Assembly (NCBI RefSeq): GCF_009914755.1
Contig: NC_060928.1
Direction: 5' to 3' (one strand)
Length of the DNA stretch: 64,000 nucleotides
Source: the human T2T-CHM13v2.0 reference genome, Homo sapiens
Shown here piece after piece: positions 15,125-31,580 of this stretch. Each line of letters starts with the position of its first letter. Position 1 is the stretch's first letter. A program made the position numbers and the translations under genes. Below the pieces are notes generated by a model that saw only the letters and a program-made list of their open reading frames with translations, did no database searches and was not told the origin of the DNA.

Positions 15125-15570
15125 TTCATGGTCTGAAACAAATACAACATTTATTTTGTTCATGGAACTACAATTTAGGCAGGGTTTAGTGGGGCAGATT
15201 GTCTACTATGTCCTACTCAGTATTAGCTAGGATGGCTCCAAGGCTTGCTAACTTCTCTGGTAGTTGATGCTAGCTCTTGGCTGGAACCTCCATGGCACTA
15301 TGTCCAGAATACCAAAATGTGGTCTTTCTATGTGGCTCCCTTGCTTGGGAGGGTGGCTAGGTTCCAAGGTTGGGTGCCAGGATGAAAAGCCAGGTGGAAG
15401 AAGCTATATCTCTTTTTCTAACCTATCCTCAGAAGTCATACAGTGTCACCTTCATCGTATCCTACTGGCTAAAAGCAAGTCACTGAAGACATCCATATTT
15501 AAGGGGAATGAAATTAAGACTCTACCTGTTGATGAGAGGAATGTCAAATAATGTGTGGACATGCTTTAAA
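15125..15570 (-). mobile_element. MaLR LTR (MLT1H/K-like)
   Basis: aacatttattttgttcatgg...ttaggcagggtttagtggggcag...cctcagaagtcatacagtgtcaccttcatcgtatcctactggc...gactctacctgttgatgagagga, typical antisense MLT1 sequence. Confidence 0.8.
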
Positions 15571-15716
15571 AGCACAGAGTTTCAACAAATTTCAAAGAAT
15601 TGTTTTCAGATCAAATTCTCTGACAACAATGCAATTCAGTTACAAAACATTATAAAAATGGTGATATTTTCCTACATTTTCTCCTGGAAGCTTTATATTT
15701 TTAACTTTCACATCTA

Positions 15717-18100
<2,384 letters not shown>

Positions 18101-18461
18101 AAAACCTGATCTTTCTCTTAAATAACTTGAGATTAAGAGAGAGAAACAAAATCAAATTACTACAAGGGAACCGCCTTCTGGTATGATAAGGATTGAAAAA
18201 GCTTCAGCATGTTTTGAAATTAATAACATTGGTTACCTAAGAAAAATATTAACATAAATTTTGTGGCCATGGCATACAAATTTTAGGTATTCCTAAAAGA
18301 TAAAATGATGCAATTGCACAGTTAAAATGCATGTATGTGTTTATATTTACGTGTGTATACATATATATACTTGTTTGTTTATATTTAATACATGTAATAA
18401 GAACAAATCCTAGGCTGTGATGTTCCTAGAAGGTAACATAGCACACCTATGTAACTGAAAT

Positions 18462-18756
18462 AAATATATATATATAAAATAAACATATATATAAACACAA
18501 ATTATATATATACACACTTATATATATACATGTATACATATATGTATATATACATGTTATATGTGTATATATGTGTAGATATATAAGTGTATATCTACAT
18601 ATATGTATATATGTAGATATATACATATATATGTATATAAGTGCATAATATATAAGTGTACATATACATATATACATATATATAAGTCTATATATAAGTG
18701 TATATATACATGTATATAGATACACATATAATATATATTTTATATATATATAAAAT
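18462..18756. repeat. Degenerate (TA)n/(TATG)n low-complexity array
   Basis: About 290 bp of largely alternating TA/TG/CA. Confidence 0.95.
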
Positions 18757-18794
18757 ATGGAACTTACTATGTGAAATATCAAATTATTTACCCA

Positions 18795-18975
18795 TAATAA
18801 CAGTCCTACATAAAATGTGATTTTCATTTTTACTGTACAGGTAATAAAGCAGAAGTACAGAGAGGTTAAGTACCTTAAGTTACTTGTGTGTGGTCATACA
18901 GTTAATAAACAGAAGAGCTGGTTAGAAACTCAGCAGTCTGGCTCTAGATTTTGTGTTTTAACCTCCTAGGCTAAA
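18795..18975 (-). mobile_element. MIR
   Basis: acagagaggttaagtacc...ggtcatacagttaataaacagaagagctgg...actcagcagtctggctctag. Confidence 0.8.
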
Positions 18976-19444
18976 CTGGCTAATCATTAGTGTTGTTGTC
19001 ATCCAAGTTGGGATAAATTTGGGGGCATGAATAAAAGAATAAGTGCATAGGAAATACCTGGAAATAGACTTTACTAGGGAAGAAAGTGACGGTCATGCAT
19101 TCAGAGGAAATAATATTCACTGATTAGTTATTTTGTGTCCTGTACTCTATATGGTAATTAATATTTCTCTAATTATCTAATTTAGAATTTAAGTATACAT
19201 GTATACTTTTCTTGTGATATTTTGGTATTTTTCTCTTATTTATTTATTGTTAAATAATATAGCTGATGATATCTAAGTTTTCATTTGCATACCAAGAAAA
19301 CGATATGTTTAACTTCTTCCCTGAACCAAAGAAATTAACTGTTTATGTCACTTCCAATAAACTTACTCAAGAAGTCTGGAACTATGAGGACCTACAACAT
19401 TATAACTTTAACTTGCCCAGATTACATTTGGAAATGTCAAAGCA

Positions 19445-19905
19445 CAGTTATTGTTTAGAGAGTAGACTCGGAAGACCAGGCAGCATGGTTTGAGGCCTTA
19501 TTCTGCTTGCCTGGCAACCATGAATACATTATTAACATCTCTGTCCTTCAATTTACTCATCTGTAAAATGGGAATGCAAATAATATTTGACACTTTAGAT
19601 CCATGGTTTGTAAATGGGGGTGATTTTTCTCCCCAGAAGACATGTGGGAATATCTGGGGACATTTTTCATTGTCACAGCTTGGAGGAGGGTGTTATTGGC
19701 ATTTATCAGGTAGATGCTGCTAATTACCTACGGTGCACAGGGCAGCTCATTACAACATAAAACTAACTTACTCAAAGTGTCAATAGTACCAAGGTTGGGA
19801 AACCCTTGCATAGTGTATCATAAGAATAGATGAGGTAATATGTACAAATTAATGAAAAATGTCTGGCATGGAGTAAGTTCTCAATAATTATTAGCCACTA
19901 TTTTT
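19445..19905 (+). mobile_element. MIR interrupted by MER20
   Basis: Core ctcatctgtaaaatggga near 19557-19574, resuming after about 19810 with gatgaggtaatatgta...tgtctggcatggagtaagttctcaataa. Confidence 0.75.
19601..19809 (+). mobile_element. MER20 (hAT-Charlie MITE)
   Basis: gggggtgatttttctcccc...tatctggggacattttt...gatgctgctaa...gtgtcaatagtaccaaggttgggaaaccct. Confidence 0.85.
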
Positions 19906-21527
19906 ACTATTATGGAAAGAAATATCAAGAAAAGACTAAAATGTAGACTAGGGACAAATGAATAGAAGGTCTATATGACATACTGGGGGATAAAATTCTA
20001 TCTTGCAGGAGAGGGGAGTCATTTACTGCTTCTAAGCAAAACAGTGATAAATACCAGTGGATATTTTAAAACTTAAGGGCAACTGTTATGAAAAGGTGAG
20101 TTTTTTTCAGTCCCGTAAACATATCGTCATAATGACCTTATTTTAAAACATTCAATTATTTTTACTGGGGAGTGGTGTATGGAGCGGGAAATCAATTTTT
20201 ATTACAAAACATCAAAAAACTAAAGAAAAAATAGACATATAATGACATTTTTGGTTTTAGCAGACCATTTGTGAATACTTCCAGAGGAAGGAACGTAAGC
20301 AGACGAGCAAATGCCATAGAAAGTATTATGGAATTTCAGATTAACATTGAAGTATTGTAGCTTTTTGTGTTGTTATTCATCATTTGCATTTATAAATATT
20401 CATGAGTTTCTCCAGTTACATACAGAGCAAGTGCCATGAAAAAATACTTCTTACTTGGTGATTGACCACGTTAAAAAGTGCGAGAATAGACTGAGCCTAT
20501 CTTAATGGGGTATTTGTGTAGTCCATGCTAACAAACATATCTATACAAAATATTAATTAACAGCAACTTTCCTTCGTTTTTTCATTTTTAACAATTATTA
20601 ATTGTTTATTATTAATTTTAACAATTAATTAATTTTGGGAGAAGGAAGGATGCTTATGAGGGCCTTTATATTTTCAGATCCCGTGTCTAAGGAGTTAATT
20701 ACTAAAACTTTCCAATTGTACAGTAATCATATGAAAGCCATGGCTTTGTATTATTTACCCAAATAAACAACATTCTTTAGAAGAAAACAGGCAGTTTAAC
20801 TAATGAGAAATGTAAATTCTAGCTTCATGTGTTATTCATGAATGCTTTGATACCACAATTGTTATTTTCAAGCGTTTAGCTACTGTGAAAAACATCTTCG
20901 GCAATGAAGTTGGATGTTGACTGCTGAATGTCAAAAATAATGATCTAGCTGCACTGTAATCTTTGCTGAATGAGGTCTATTATGTATCATATTTAGAAGA
21001 ATATTTGTGTTGTTGAATGTCTTAAACTAATTATCTATTACAGCTTGTATTTCATAAAATATAGTAATAAGCATATACAAAGTTTACTATTAATACTGCT
21101 AAATCCAATTTTGTACATCACATTTGAGAAGTAAACTTAAATTGGCATATTTATCAGAACCCATAAAAATTTTTATTGGGATATGGGTACAACATATAAA
21201 TGTTTTCCTTGCTTTCAAGAGTACTCAATTCAGATTTCCTAGTAAACCGTATTTTCTTTTATACTGTTACAATGATTACACTATTTTCATATGAAAACGT
21301 AAGTGTAACTAATATACAGTAGCAGAGTTTTTTAGAACAAGTTACTACTACATTGCCTCTCTCTTCCAGACAAATGACCTATTTAAATTGTGGTCCATTC
21401 AGAGACACATAGACACAAGCCCATCAGCAAATAATCTTAATAGCTCAATTAAGCCTTCATAAAAGCTTCTTATATTTGCTTAAAATTTTTATCATGGCAG
21501 CAAATAAGTATTCAAAAAATTATTTTC

Positions 21528-21888
<361 letters not shown>

Positions 21889-22017
21889 TTATATGCCCTA
21901 ATATATTTGATATTTCAAAAATTATTAATAGACATTTACTATTTTCTTGGTTATTTGACATTTGAGATGGCAAAATAATGAAGAAAAAAATTAAGTTTTG
22001 AGATATGCTTTTCTAGA

Positions 22018-22085
22018 AAAAGGGAATGTGTTTGGGAATGAGTGCTTTCTCTTTTCTTGAAAAGGGAATGTGTTTGGGAATGAGT
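22018..22085. repeat. 42-bp-period tandem duplication
   Basis: aaaagggaatgtgtttgggaatgagt at 22018-22043 and 22060-22085. Confidence 0.95.
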
Positions 22086-23284
22086 ACATTCTTTCTTTTA
22101 CCTTCCTATGAAGGTAGCTTCCTATGAAGCTAGTATGTGGTATTAGTAGAGGACAAAACAGTGTTAGTTAACGGGGAACAGATGTTATTGTTGTACCTTG
22201 GAGAATTGGGGATATGAAAATGTGAAAGATGTAAATGCTTTGGTTTGGACTTGGCCAACATGAAATTGTAAGTTGATGATTATAAAAATAAGAGGTCTAG
22301 GTACATTGTGCATGTTCTGTGTAACAGGAAATGTTCTTTGATGCAATGCAAGTGTCACTCAGTGGTCTTTTCACACTGGAGCCTCTGCTGCCTCTTTTGA
22401 AAATGCCTTTCATTTACATCTAAGAATACAACAGTGATATTTTATAAGTAATCACACATTAATCCATTGCAAAGTCATCCCATTTCTTCTTTCCATTTAG
22501 AGTTCCACTGCCCCAGTTCATTTTCTGTAACACTTGAAGAAACCTTAGTGTTGATACTGACAGTCAGGAGAAGGGCAATACCATGTCAAGGGTTCCATCT
22601 CTGGACATGTGCAAATACACTCACTAGTATCAGAGTAGTGGGGATGAGCAGGGAGAGACATATGACATGTGCACAGGACTTGGAAAGGGTCATACACTCT
22701 GCATCATCACCTAAGCTTCCGGGGCAGCTCTACTTGTGTTGAGACTCACAAATTCTCTTTTGTGCAGTAGTATCAGTTTTGGTCCTATAAGACATAGAGA
22801 AAGATAAATAGCTAAAAGTGTATGTATGACTGTGTGTTTGTGAGTGAAAGAGCAAGAACGGCAATGATAGAGAGTGTGTGTGTTTGTGTATATTCTGGAT
22901 AATGAGATGGAGGGTAGAGTTCAAAACAAGAAAGAACACATGTTGTTTACTTCATTAGTAACTAACACAATTATTAGATTAGCCAAAATTTTCACTTATC
23001 AAGAGATCATCTTGTTATCTGAGAGGGGGCATCAGAAGGAGTCCATTTGTAAAAGCAAATAGAAACAAAAGATGATCTATATTAAGGTTTAGGCAATAAT
23101 GAAATTATACTTTTATAACCCATTGCCCGATGCCTACATACTATGCAAACAAATACAACATTGCTGTTCTGAGGCCAAGTTATCCACTTTGCATGATTCC
23201 ATGGATTATGATTATATGCACTGTATTTTTGACTTTTGGAAGAAGCATGAATGTAATCACCTCAGTAAACCATAGATTCCCCCA

Positions 23285-23321
23285 ACGCGCGCGGACACAC
23301 ACACACACACACACACACACG
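23285..23321. repeat. (CG)n/(CA)n microsatellite
   Basis: acgcgcgcggacacacac... Confidence 0.95.
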
Positions 23322-24544
23322 ACTTTTCTTGTTTACTTGCTACATTCAACACTACTCAATAATTCCGCTTAATTATTGTCTGACAACTTTTGGTTTCTAA
23401 TCTGCCTTTAGGGTGAAACAAAACAGTCTATGTAAAATGCAAATTATGTATAATGTACTTATTGTCGTATTCACTCAATAATTCTTGAACCTGCATAAAC
23501 TCCCAACACAGATGTCATAAATGTAAACTAGCTATTCATAGTTAGTTACAACCCTCATTCAATATTAGAAAAGAGACACATCTGAAAGACACAATTTTAG
23601 GGAATGCCTACTAACATAGGGTCAACCATGAAAATACAGATATTTTTACAGATTGTTCTTTAAAAGACCATGCCAATAAACAATTATCATTGAACCCTAA
23701 GATGTCAGCTTTTTAGTCATACAATGACCAACTCATTGATCCAAACAGTAAAATCATGTATTTACCTCATTGTTAGGCCCTTGGAGAACCAACCACTTAA
23801 TTGGCCAAATTATTTACTGTTAAATTATTTACTGTTTGTTGTTCTAGAAATACAAAATAGCCTGAAATTATTCTTTAGTTTATGCAGCAATGTACCCAAG
23901 AAGACTTTTTAGACTTCTAATTAGTTATTAGTTATATAACTATTTTATCTCTGAAGCTGGTAATTAAAAAAAATACTTCCCACTAAGCTTTTTATGCTGT
24001 ATGAAATATAACTCATGAAAATAACAGAACAAAATTTTCAAATATTTTCCAGCTTTGTATACTTTAGAAATAGCAGAGATTGGCCAATTAAGGCTGAAAT
24101 GTGGAAAATTTAAATTTTATTCTATTTTGCCCTCTATTTTACTGTGTTAGAATATTTCCCACAGATGTAATGGACTGTAATTTATTTAAAGTAAAACTTG
24201 CCACATTCACAGTAGCTCTTGTGATGATTATATTACAATAAATAATAAGCTCAGACTGGAAATATTTTAAGAGTACTATCGATAATGGATTATGTTAAAA
24301 TCACAGGATAAGACATACTTTTGTCTTAATGAAAGCATGAGAGCTAAGAAGAATGTCAGTTTTTTTTTTTCCTCAGTGAAAAATCTCAAGAGCTCAGAGG
24401 ATGATATATAAAATTTATAGTTAGAAAAAAATGCCCAAATGGAAAATACAAGAGAACAATAAAGGAAGAAAAGCTATTATACAATGATTATTTAAGTTTA
24501 TGTAAAGAAAAATGCCATAATGAGAAAAACTGGATTCATATTTA

Positions 24545-24907
24545 AAAACCTTCACCCAAACTGGAAGGGAGCCAAGAGACCAATGAATGACTCGGACAAG
24601 TCCAGCTTGGCCAGTAGATGAGTTTATGGTACTTACTTATGAGGCAGCAGGACAGCTTTAGAGATCCGTGCTGCCTCCCATCCCTAAGCTGCTTTTCAGC
24701 TAATTTTCTGGCTCTTGGCCTGCTGTGTGTATGCAATGGGACTGTTTTCCTTGGTAGGTTCTCAGATACTCTCAGAGATGTTTGTGTTCTTAGGGACACC
24801 TGCTCCTCAGCTGGGTACCATGGCCTTGGCTCATTGCCTGGTCTTCAGGCCTCAGGCAGTAGACATTATGCCCTTAAGTAGCCTAGTGGGGGACCAGTCA
24901 CAACACA
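24545..24907 (-). mobile_element. ERVL solo LTR (LTR32-like, tentative)
   Basis: Minus strand starts TGTGTTGTGACTGGTCCCCCACTAGGCTACTTAAGGG and contains GAGCCAGAAAATTAGCTGAAAAGCAGCTTAGGGATGGGAGG, recalled from the LTR32 group. Confidence 0.65.
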
Positions 24908-25057
24908 AATGCATATAAGATTGTCACAAATTTCCATTAAAAGTCCAGCGGTTTAAATTTCTTTTCATCTAACTTTAGAAAATGCATGATAGCTACAACA
25001 AAGAGTAAATATACTTGTTAATATATATTAATAGAAAATTAATTTAGCTATATTCAG

Positions 25058-25185
25058 TGGCACCCATTATTGAAACATTCACACATATGTGCATGGCGTG
25101 CACACACGCACAGACACAATGGTACCCATTATTGAAACATGCACACATATGTACATTGTGTACACACGCACACACACACACACAC
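25058..25185. repeat. 62-bp-period tandem duplication grading into (CA)n
   Basis: acccattattgaaacat.cacacatatgt starts at 25062 and again at 25124. Confidence 0.93.
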
Positions 25186-25607
25186 AGAGACACCCCTACA
25201 CACACCATATCATTAAACTTAAGAGTTGGTAGTTCATTAACTCAACAAGCAACTCAAGGACATATTGGTCATCCATCTATACCAGAAATCCTTTCAAGTC
25301 CTAGAAATAGATAGGATTAAATTATATTCCCTACTCTGCAGTGACTGCCATTGGCGTCAAGAGGAAAGGCACACAAAATCAACTAGGTAGTGTAACAAGT
25401 GCTAGAGAAGAATTAAGTACAAACCATTATGAGGACACAGGAGCATGAGCAATTAATTCCACCTGGTCCTTGTCATCACCCTTGAGTGTATCACATCTGA
25501 GTTTATACATATTGCAGGCCACAATATGACCATAGCCTCAAATAATTTTCACTTTCTTACCCAAATCCTCTCAAAATGCCTAGTCTGTGAAGTCATTGAT
25601 ATCTCTA

Positions 25608-25792
25608 CAGTAAATCCTCACATAAGGTCATTGATAGATTCTTAGAAACTGTGACTTTAAGCAAAATGATCTATAACAAGACCGATGGTTACTGTAGGCT
25701 AATTGACATAAACAAGACGTATGTCCCTATGGCATACTTCTGGTCATTAAAACATATCCAAACTTCCAAATAAATACCAAAATACCAGGGCA

Positions 25793-25823
<31 letters not shown>

Positions 25824-26061
25824 AACTCAGACTGGGAGTATATAGACATGCCAATGAACCAAATGTGCATATCTTTGAGATGTGGGAGGAAACCAGAGTG
25901 CCTGGAGAAACCCACACATATGTGGGGAGAACTTGTACCCTCCACACAGATGATGGCCCTGGCCAGGAATTGCTTTTTTTATTTTCATCCTCAACCATTA
26001 TAACAAAATAACATTTAACAAAATGATGTTGAAGGAGAGGACATTATTCAAGGTCCTGCTG
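25608..26061 (+). mobile_element. MER82 (TcMar-Tigger MITE) with internal (CA)n
   Basis: TA|cagtaaatcctcac...gatagattcttagaaactgtgactttaagcaaaatga, ending ttattcaaggtcctgctg (degenerate TIRs). Confidence 0.8.
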
Positions 26062-26119
26062 CACTTTCCTGTTCTAACAAGTCCATTTTCACCTTGTTCT
26101 CTAAAAAGCTAAATAGCTC

Positions 26120-26449
<330 letters not shown>

Positions 26450-28714
26450 CTATTGATTCTTTGCATCATTTTCACAGGAACTACCTGGGAAAAATCTAAC
26501 TCTAGCTTAAACTCTAGCTTAATCCATCTGTTTAATTTGTTGACTGTAGGCTATGAAGTATTACTAAAGAAATGGATGAGTGAAACATAAATCCATGGTC
26601 TTTATGCTCAACTTAGTCCTCAATATAAGCCTGGACATTTTATCCATTCTAAGAACTTCAATTGTCATGGACATGTTTATGATTCTGAGAACTGTATTTC
26701 TAAATGAGATTATTTTATTTGGCCCTTTAGTTATTTTCTGGACATCTCCACTTATATCTTCCATAGCCACCTCATAGTATTGTATTCAAAATAGATGTCA
26801 CCCTTTACTTAAATGACTAATCAATTGTTAGTGGTCAGGTCAGTTAGGGGAGTGGTACCAGCATGTTTATTGAATATATTAGCCTTTCTTTACAATAAAG
26901 CTTCTATAAGAAAGCACATTTGGAAATATCGCCTCTAGAGACCCAAGTTTCAAACTGTTAGTGGAAAAAAAATCCCATGGAAAATGAATAAAATTTTGAT
27001 TTATAATCCAGTGAACATATATCTTAAACATTTCCAAGATTGTCTCACTTAAGTCTTAAGAAATTTGAAATTCAAATGTCAGAAGCATTCTCTAGATTGG
27101 GTATATTCTCTTAATCAAAGGATTATTAATCAAATTGATTAGCAGTTTGGACAGGAGGAAATTTCAGTTTACTAGACAGAGATTGACCCATCTTGCTTTT
27201 TGTTTCATAATGATTTGGAAACTATTACCAATAGTTAATTTTTGATTTGACATTTATTTAAAACTCTTAATCATTCAAACCATGTGTAGGAGTGTATTTT
27301 GTGTGTGTGCAGTGATTAACAAGAATTATAAGCATCTGTTCAAATCAGAGTTTGAGAAGAAACTGGAAGCAAAATGATGGTGGAGTGTGGTTAGTATTCT
27401 CATACTGATTGATCTTATTCATCAGAATGTCAGAATATGAGGTCATAAAAATGCATGATCTATTCATAGTAACAAAAATCATAATTATGTGTATTTTTCT
27501 AAGATTGTTGTTTTTTCTTATTATCTCCAAAACTACATTGGGTAGGACAATGCTTAATTTTCTGTACTGTTGGAGTGAAGTCACTTTATCTAATTTGTTA
27601 AGTAATGGATATCTTTTGAAGGTAACAAAAGAAAGATAATATTTAAAAAAATCTAAAAATTCCAGTGATGTCACTATACAGGAACAAATTCCTTAGGCTT
27701 TCAACTCAATACTTAGTTCTTATTGAGTTGCTTGAATTTAGTAATAATGTCTGAAGATGAAAGGAGAGACATTCTCTTAACTTTGCCTTTGGAAGAGGAA
27801 AACAGATTTTGTCATTATGGAAAGGCCCCATTGTAATGTAGTGTTGTCTTAGCATGGCCTAAATTAAGTAGTAGCTTTGCTACAGGTAGTAGAGTTTATT
27901 GCTAGTTTATTATGTGTATTGCCACTTGAGAAAAGAAGATGTGCTTTAGAAAAATCTAATTACATGTACTTTAGGTTAAGAATTGTATAAGGTCAGAAGC
28001 ACAATTGTTCAATATTTAATATGTGATCAGAATAAATATAGTTTAAACATAGCAGGGTCAGCAGGGATTGTGCACACATTAAAAGGACCAGTCATTGGGA
28101 GAGTATCAAGTGCTTTATGTAAGCAATAGGAAAACCTTATAATTCAGCCACAATCAAAGCCACAAGTGAGTTATAAAGGTCTTTGCTTTCAAGTGAAATA
28201 AATTACAACATAGCTACACATGCTTGCTATGTACTGGCTTTATTCCAGTAAGAAGGCAAAAAGGTTTTATTTTCTTTCATAGTGGACAGTGTAAATAGTT
28301 TATTTGTTCTGGGTTCACTGTGTATCAGCTATTTTGTAATCTTTCAACTAATCTGAAAATTGCTACGAAAAACTCTCTCCATACTACTCCCTTTATCCTT
28401 TAAGTAAATATTAAATTTGAAAACAGCATAAAATTTTATATATTGCTATTTTGCCCAACCTGAGTTTACTTAGAGGTTTAAAGAGTCCAAAGTTCAGAGG
28501 TTTTTTTGAAGTGGGTGAAATACTCTAGTAAACAATCCACATGTTTTTCATGATACTTGACCGAAAATGTGAAAACAAAAACAAAATGAAGAATACCACA
28601 AAAGAACTTTTGAAAAATAATGGTCCAGAAATGAAATATTTACTTTAGAATGTCATGAAGACAACAAAGATATAAACTCTTTAAAGACGGAGAATTTTAA
28701 TGTTTTGTTCACTA

Positions 28715-29008
28715 TTTTTTTTTTGAAATGGAGTCTCGCTCTGTTGCCCAGGCTGGAGTGCAGTGGCACAATCTCAGCTCACTGCAACCTCCGCCTCCTG
28801 AATTCAAGGGATTCTCCCTGCCTCAGCCTCCTGAGTAGCTGGGATTACAGGCACCTGCCATAATGCCCAGCTACTTTTCGTATTTTTTAGTAGAGATGGA
28901 GTTTTGCTATGTTGGCCAGGTTGGTTTTGAACTCCTGACCCCAGATGATTCGCCCGCCTCGGCTTCCCAGAGTGCTGGGATTACAGGCGTGAGCCACCGC
29001 ACTCAGCC
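28715..29008 (-). mobile_element. AluSx/Sz
   Basis: Antisense full dimer. Confidence 0.96.
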
Positions 29009-30042
29009 CAGTAACGTATTCTGAGGGCCTAGAATTGTGCTGGCCATACTTTAGATAATTTTTAAAAGACTGATGAAGTGATGAAACCATGTTCTGAATT
29101 AAATGGAACTGTGAATTATTTCAATTTTTCTATTTCCTGTGAAATGCATTTGATTTTGTCAAATTACCAGCCTGATATCACTCTTAAAGAAAAAATAATC
29201 TGAGTAGAATAAAAACACACATAGTATCTATAGTAGTTTGAAATTCTCTTGATTAGTAGACTAGGGAAGGGAATCAGAATTAATATGTTCTGGTGATTAT
29301 CGCATCCTCAAGGACTCATTAGAGTTTAAAGAAAATCCTCAGACTCACTGTTATATGAATAAAAAATATTAGAATAATGTTTCAAGTTTTTGATTAGCTC
29401 AGGTATTTAATATAGGAGAGAAAAATCCAAGTGTTAAATATGACTATAGGAAGGTAATCATCAAAAAGTGGTGAGAAACTCTCAACTGTATTTGTGTGGA
29501 TCACAGAACCCTTAGAATTGGAATTAGAAAGTTAGAGGTCATTTACTGTAATCTTATATCAGAGGAAATGGTTTTTACTTCATTGCAATACACACAATTA
29601 CAGTACCTTTTCATTTATCTGGAGGCTGAGTTACTGGAAAGCTCAACTCACTAATTTATTTTCCCCCTTGACTTTTATGAGAAAGAAAGAAATGACAAAT
29701 CATAAGAAAGGTAATTAATACATTTGAAGATGACTCTGTGGTGCTTCGAGACCATGAAGTATCTTTTCAGTCATCAGAAAAAGACACAGTTATCATCGGT
29801 ATCCTTTCTGTGCTCACTCTGGCTTTGTGAACAGGCATGAAACCTTTACCTCATATGGGTACTCTCCACTCTGGGATTTGCGAGTGTTAGATAAATAGGG
29901 AAAGACACAGTACTAAAATATTGCTGAAGGCAAGAGAAGAGAGGCACCACAGAGAAGGCAGTAAGCAGAAGCATGGAGGTTGTGAGGAATACAGGAGAGC
30001 AGCAAAAGTAAAACAACAACAGCTACAAAAAGCAAACCTGAG

Positions 30043-30405
<363 letters not shown>

Positions 30406-31389
30406 TCACAAATTCCTGTTTCTGTCAAATTGTCTTCCCGTCTCTGAGACACCGCATTGTACAAGTACTAAGACCCTTCCTTCTAGCAATACAACCTAGT
30501 CCCCAACATAATCTTAAAAGCATCCCTGTGACTCAAAATCTAAGTTATTTAATGAAAAGCATGCTGAGTAAATAGCTGGCTATCAGAGAATTGTTAGAGA
30601 ACATCTCTTGGTCTGAGAATCACATCATTGCTGACCTGTGAAATTATTAGCTTCTGCTTTAATTCATTCCAGTGATAAAAGTGCCATCATGACCCAGAAC
30701 TTTTTAAAAAAGTGCTCATAAATGTTTTGTTCTTTAAAGGATTAAGAGGTTTAGAACATTTCCTATCTCTCTTTCTCTCCTGCTTTCCCTTTCTTTTTCA
30801 CCAGTGCCTGACCCATCTACCTTCTCAACCCTTCCTGCCTGTTCTTGCTGTCCACCTTTTTCTTCTTACTGCTTCTTCCTGCCAACCCTCTACCTCCTTC
30901 CTCTCTCACTTTCTCAATTTATAATTTGTTTAAATACAACGCAAAAGTATATACTAGAATAGACTGTGCCGATGTGTTAAATGTTAGTTGTAGAGGTTCC
31001 CTACGTGTCACAATAATTATTCAGTACATGTAGTTAATGCATTCTTAAACAGTAATTATTACTACTTGCTAAGAACAGGTAAAGCTATTAAAAGAGTCTC
31101 AAAACACAATAACTTTTAACACATCTGAGCAATGAAAGTGTTTGTAGTAGACTTTATGAGGTTTCCAACCCCAAACGCTCATTTTGGAAAAGAGCCATTT
31201 GGGTAGTATTTTCTACCCTCAAAGGACTGACTATTGCTACTGCCATATTTCACTGTTACTTGAATTGCTGCTATAAAATGGTTAGTTCAAATGAACTGCA
31301 GTAGCATAGCGAATGTTTTCTAAATTTTCTTGACTGAAGTCATGCGTATGAGCCAAAGTGCTTTTTATAAGTCATTTCTAAATGTGACA

Positions 31390-31580
31390 TAGTAGAAAAC
31401 TGTGTGGGCTTTGATTGCAGCTCAAACTCTGATTTGACACCCTATGTTGTCCCTATGTTGTCACTTATAATCAGCTGATTTCATCTCCTTGACTATAATT
31501 TTCTCATCTGTAAAATTGAATAGTGAAACTTATCTTGCATGGTTATGGGTATGTAAAAAGGGATATATTTTAAATGCAGT
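31390..31580 (+). mobile_element. MIR remnant
   Basis: ttttctcatctgtaaaattga...tatcttgcatggttatg. Confidence 0.55.

Noticed and set aside
18447-18827. 126-aa Tyr/Ile-rich ORF (similar ones at 45110-45387)
   Set aside because: Translation of a (TA)n-type low-complexity repeat.
19266-19493. 75-aa ORF with protein-like composition
   Set aside because: No splice signals or recognisable homology, and its 3' part runs into a MIR.
27313-27377. Possible terminal coding exon (INKNYKHLFKSEFEKKLEAK*) after tgtgtgcag
   Set aside because: Poor polypyrimidine tract, peptide not recognised and no supporting upstream exons.
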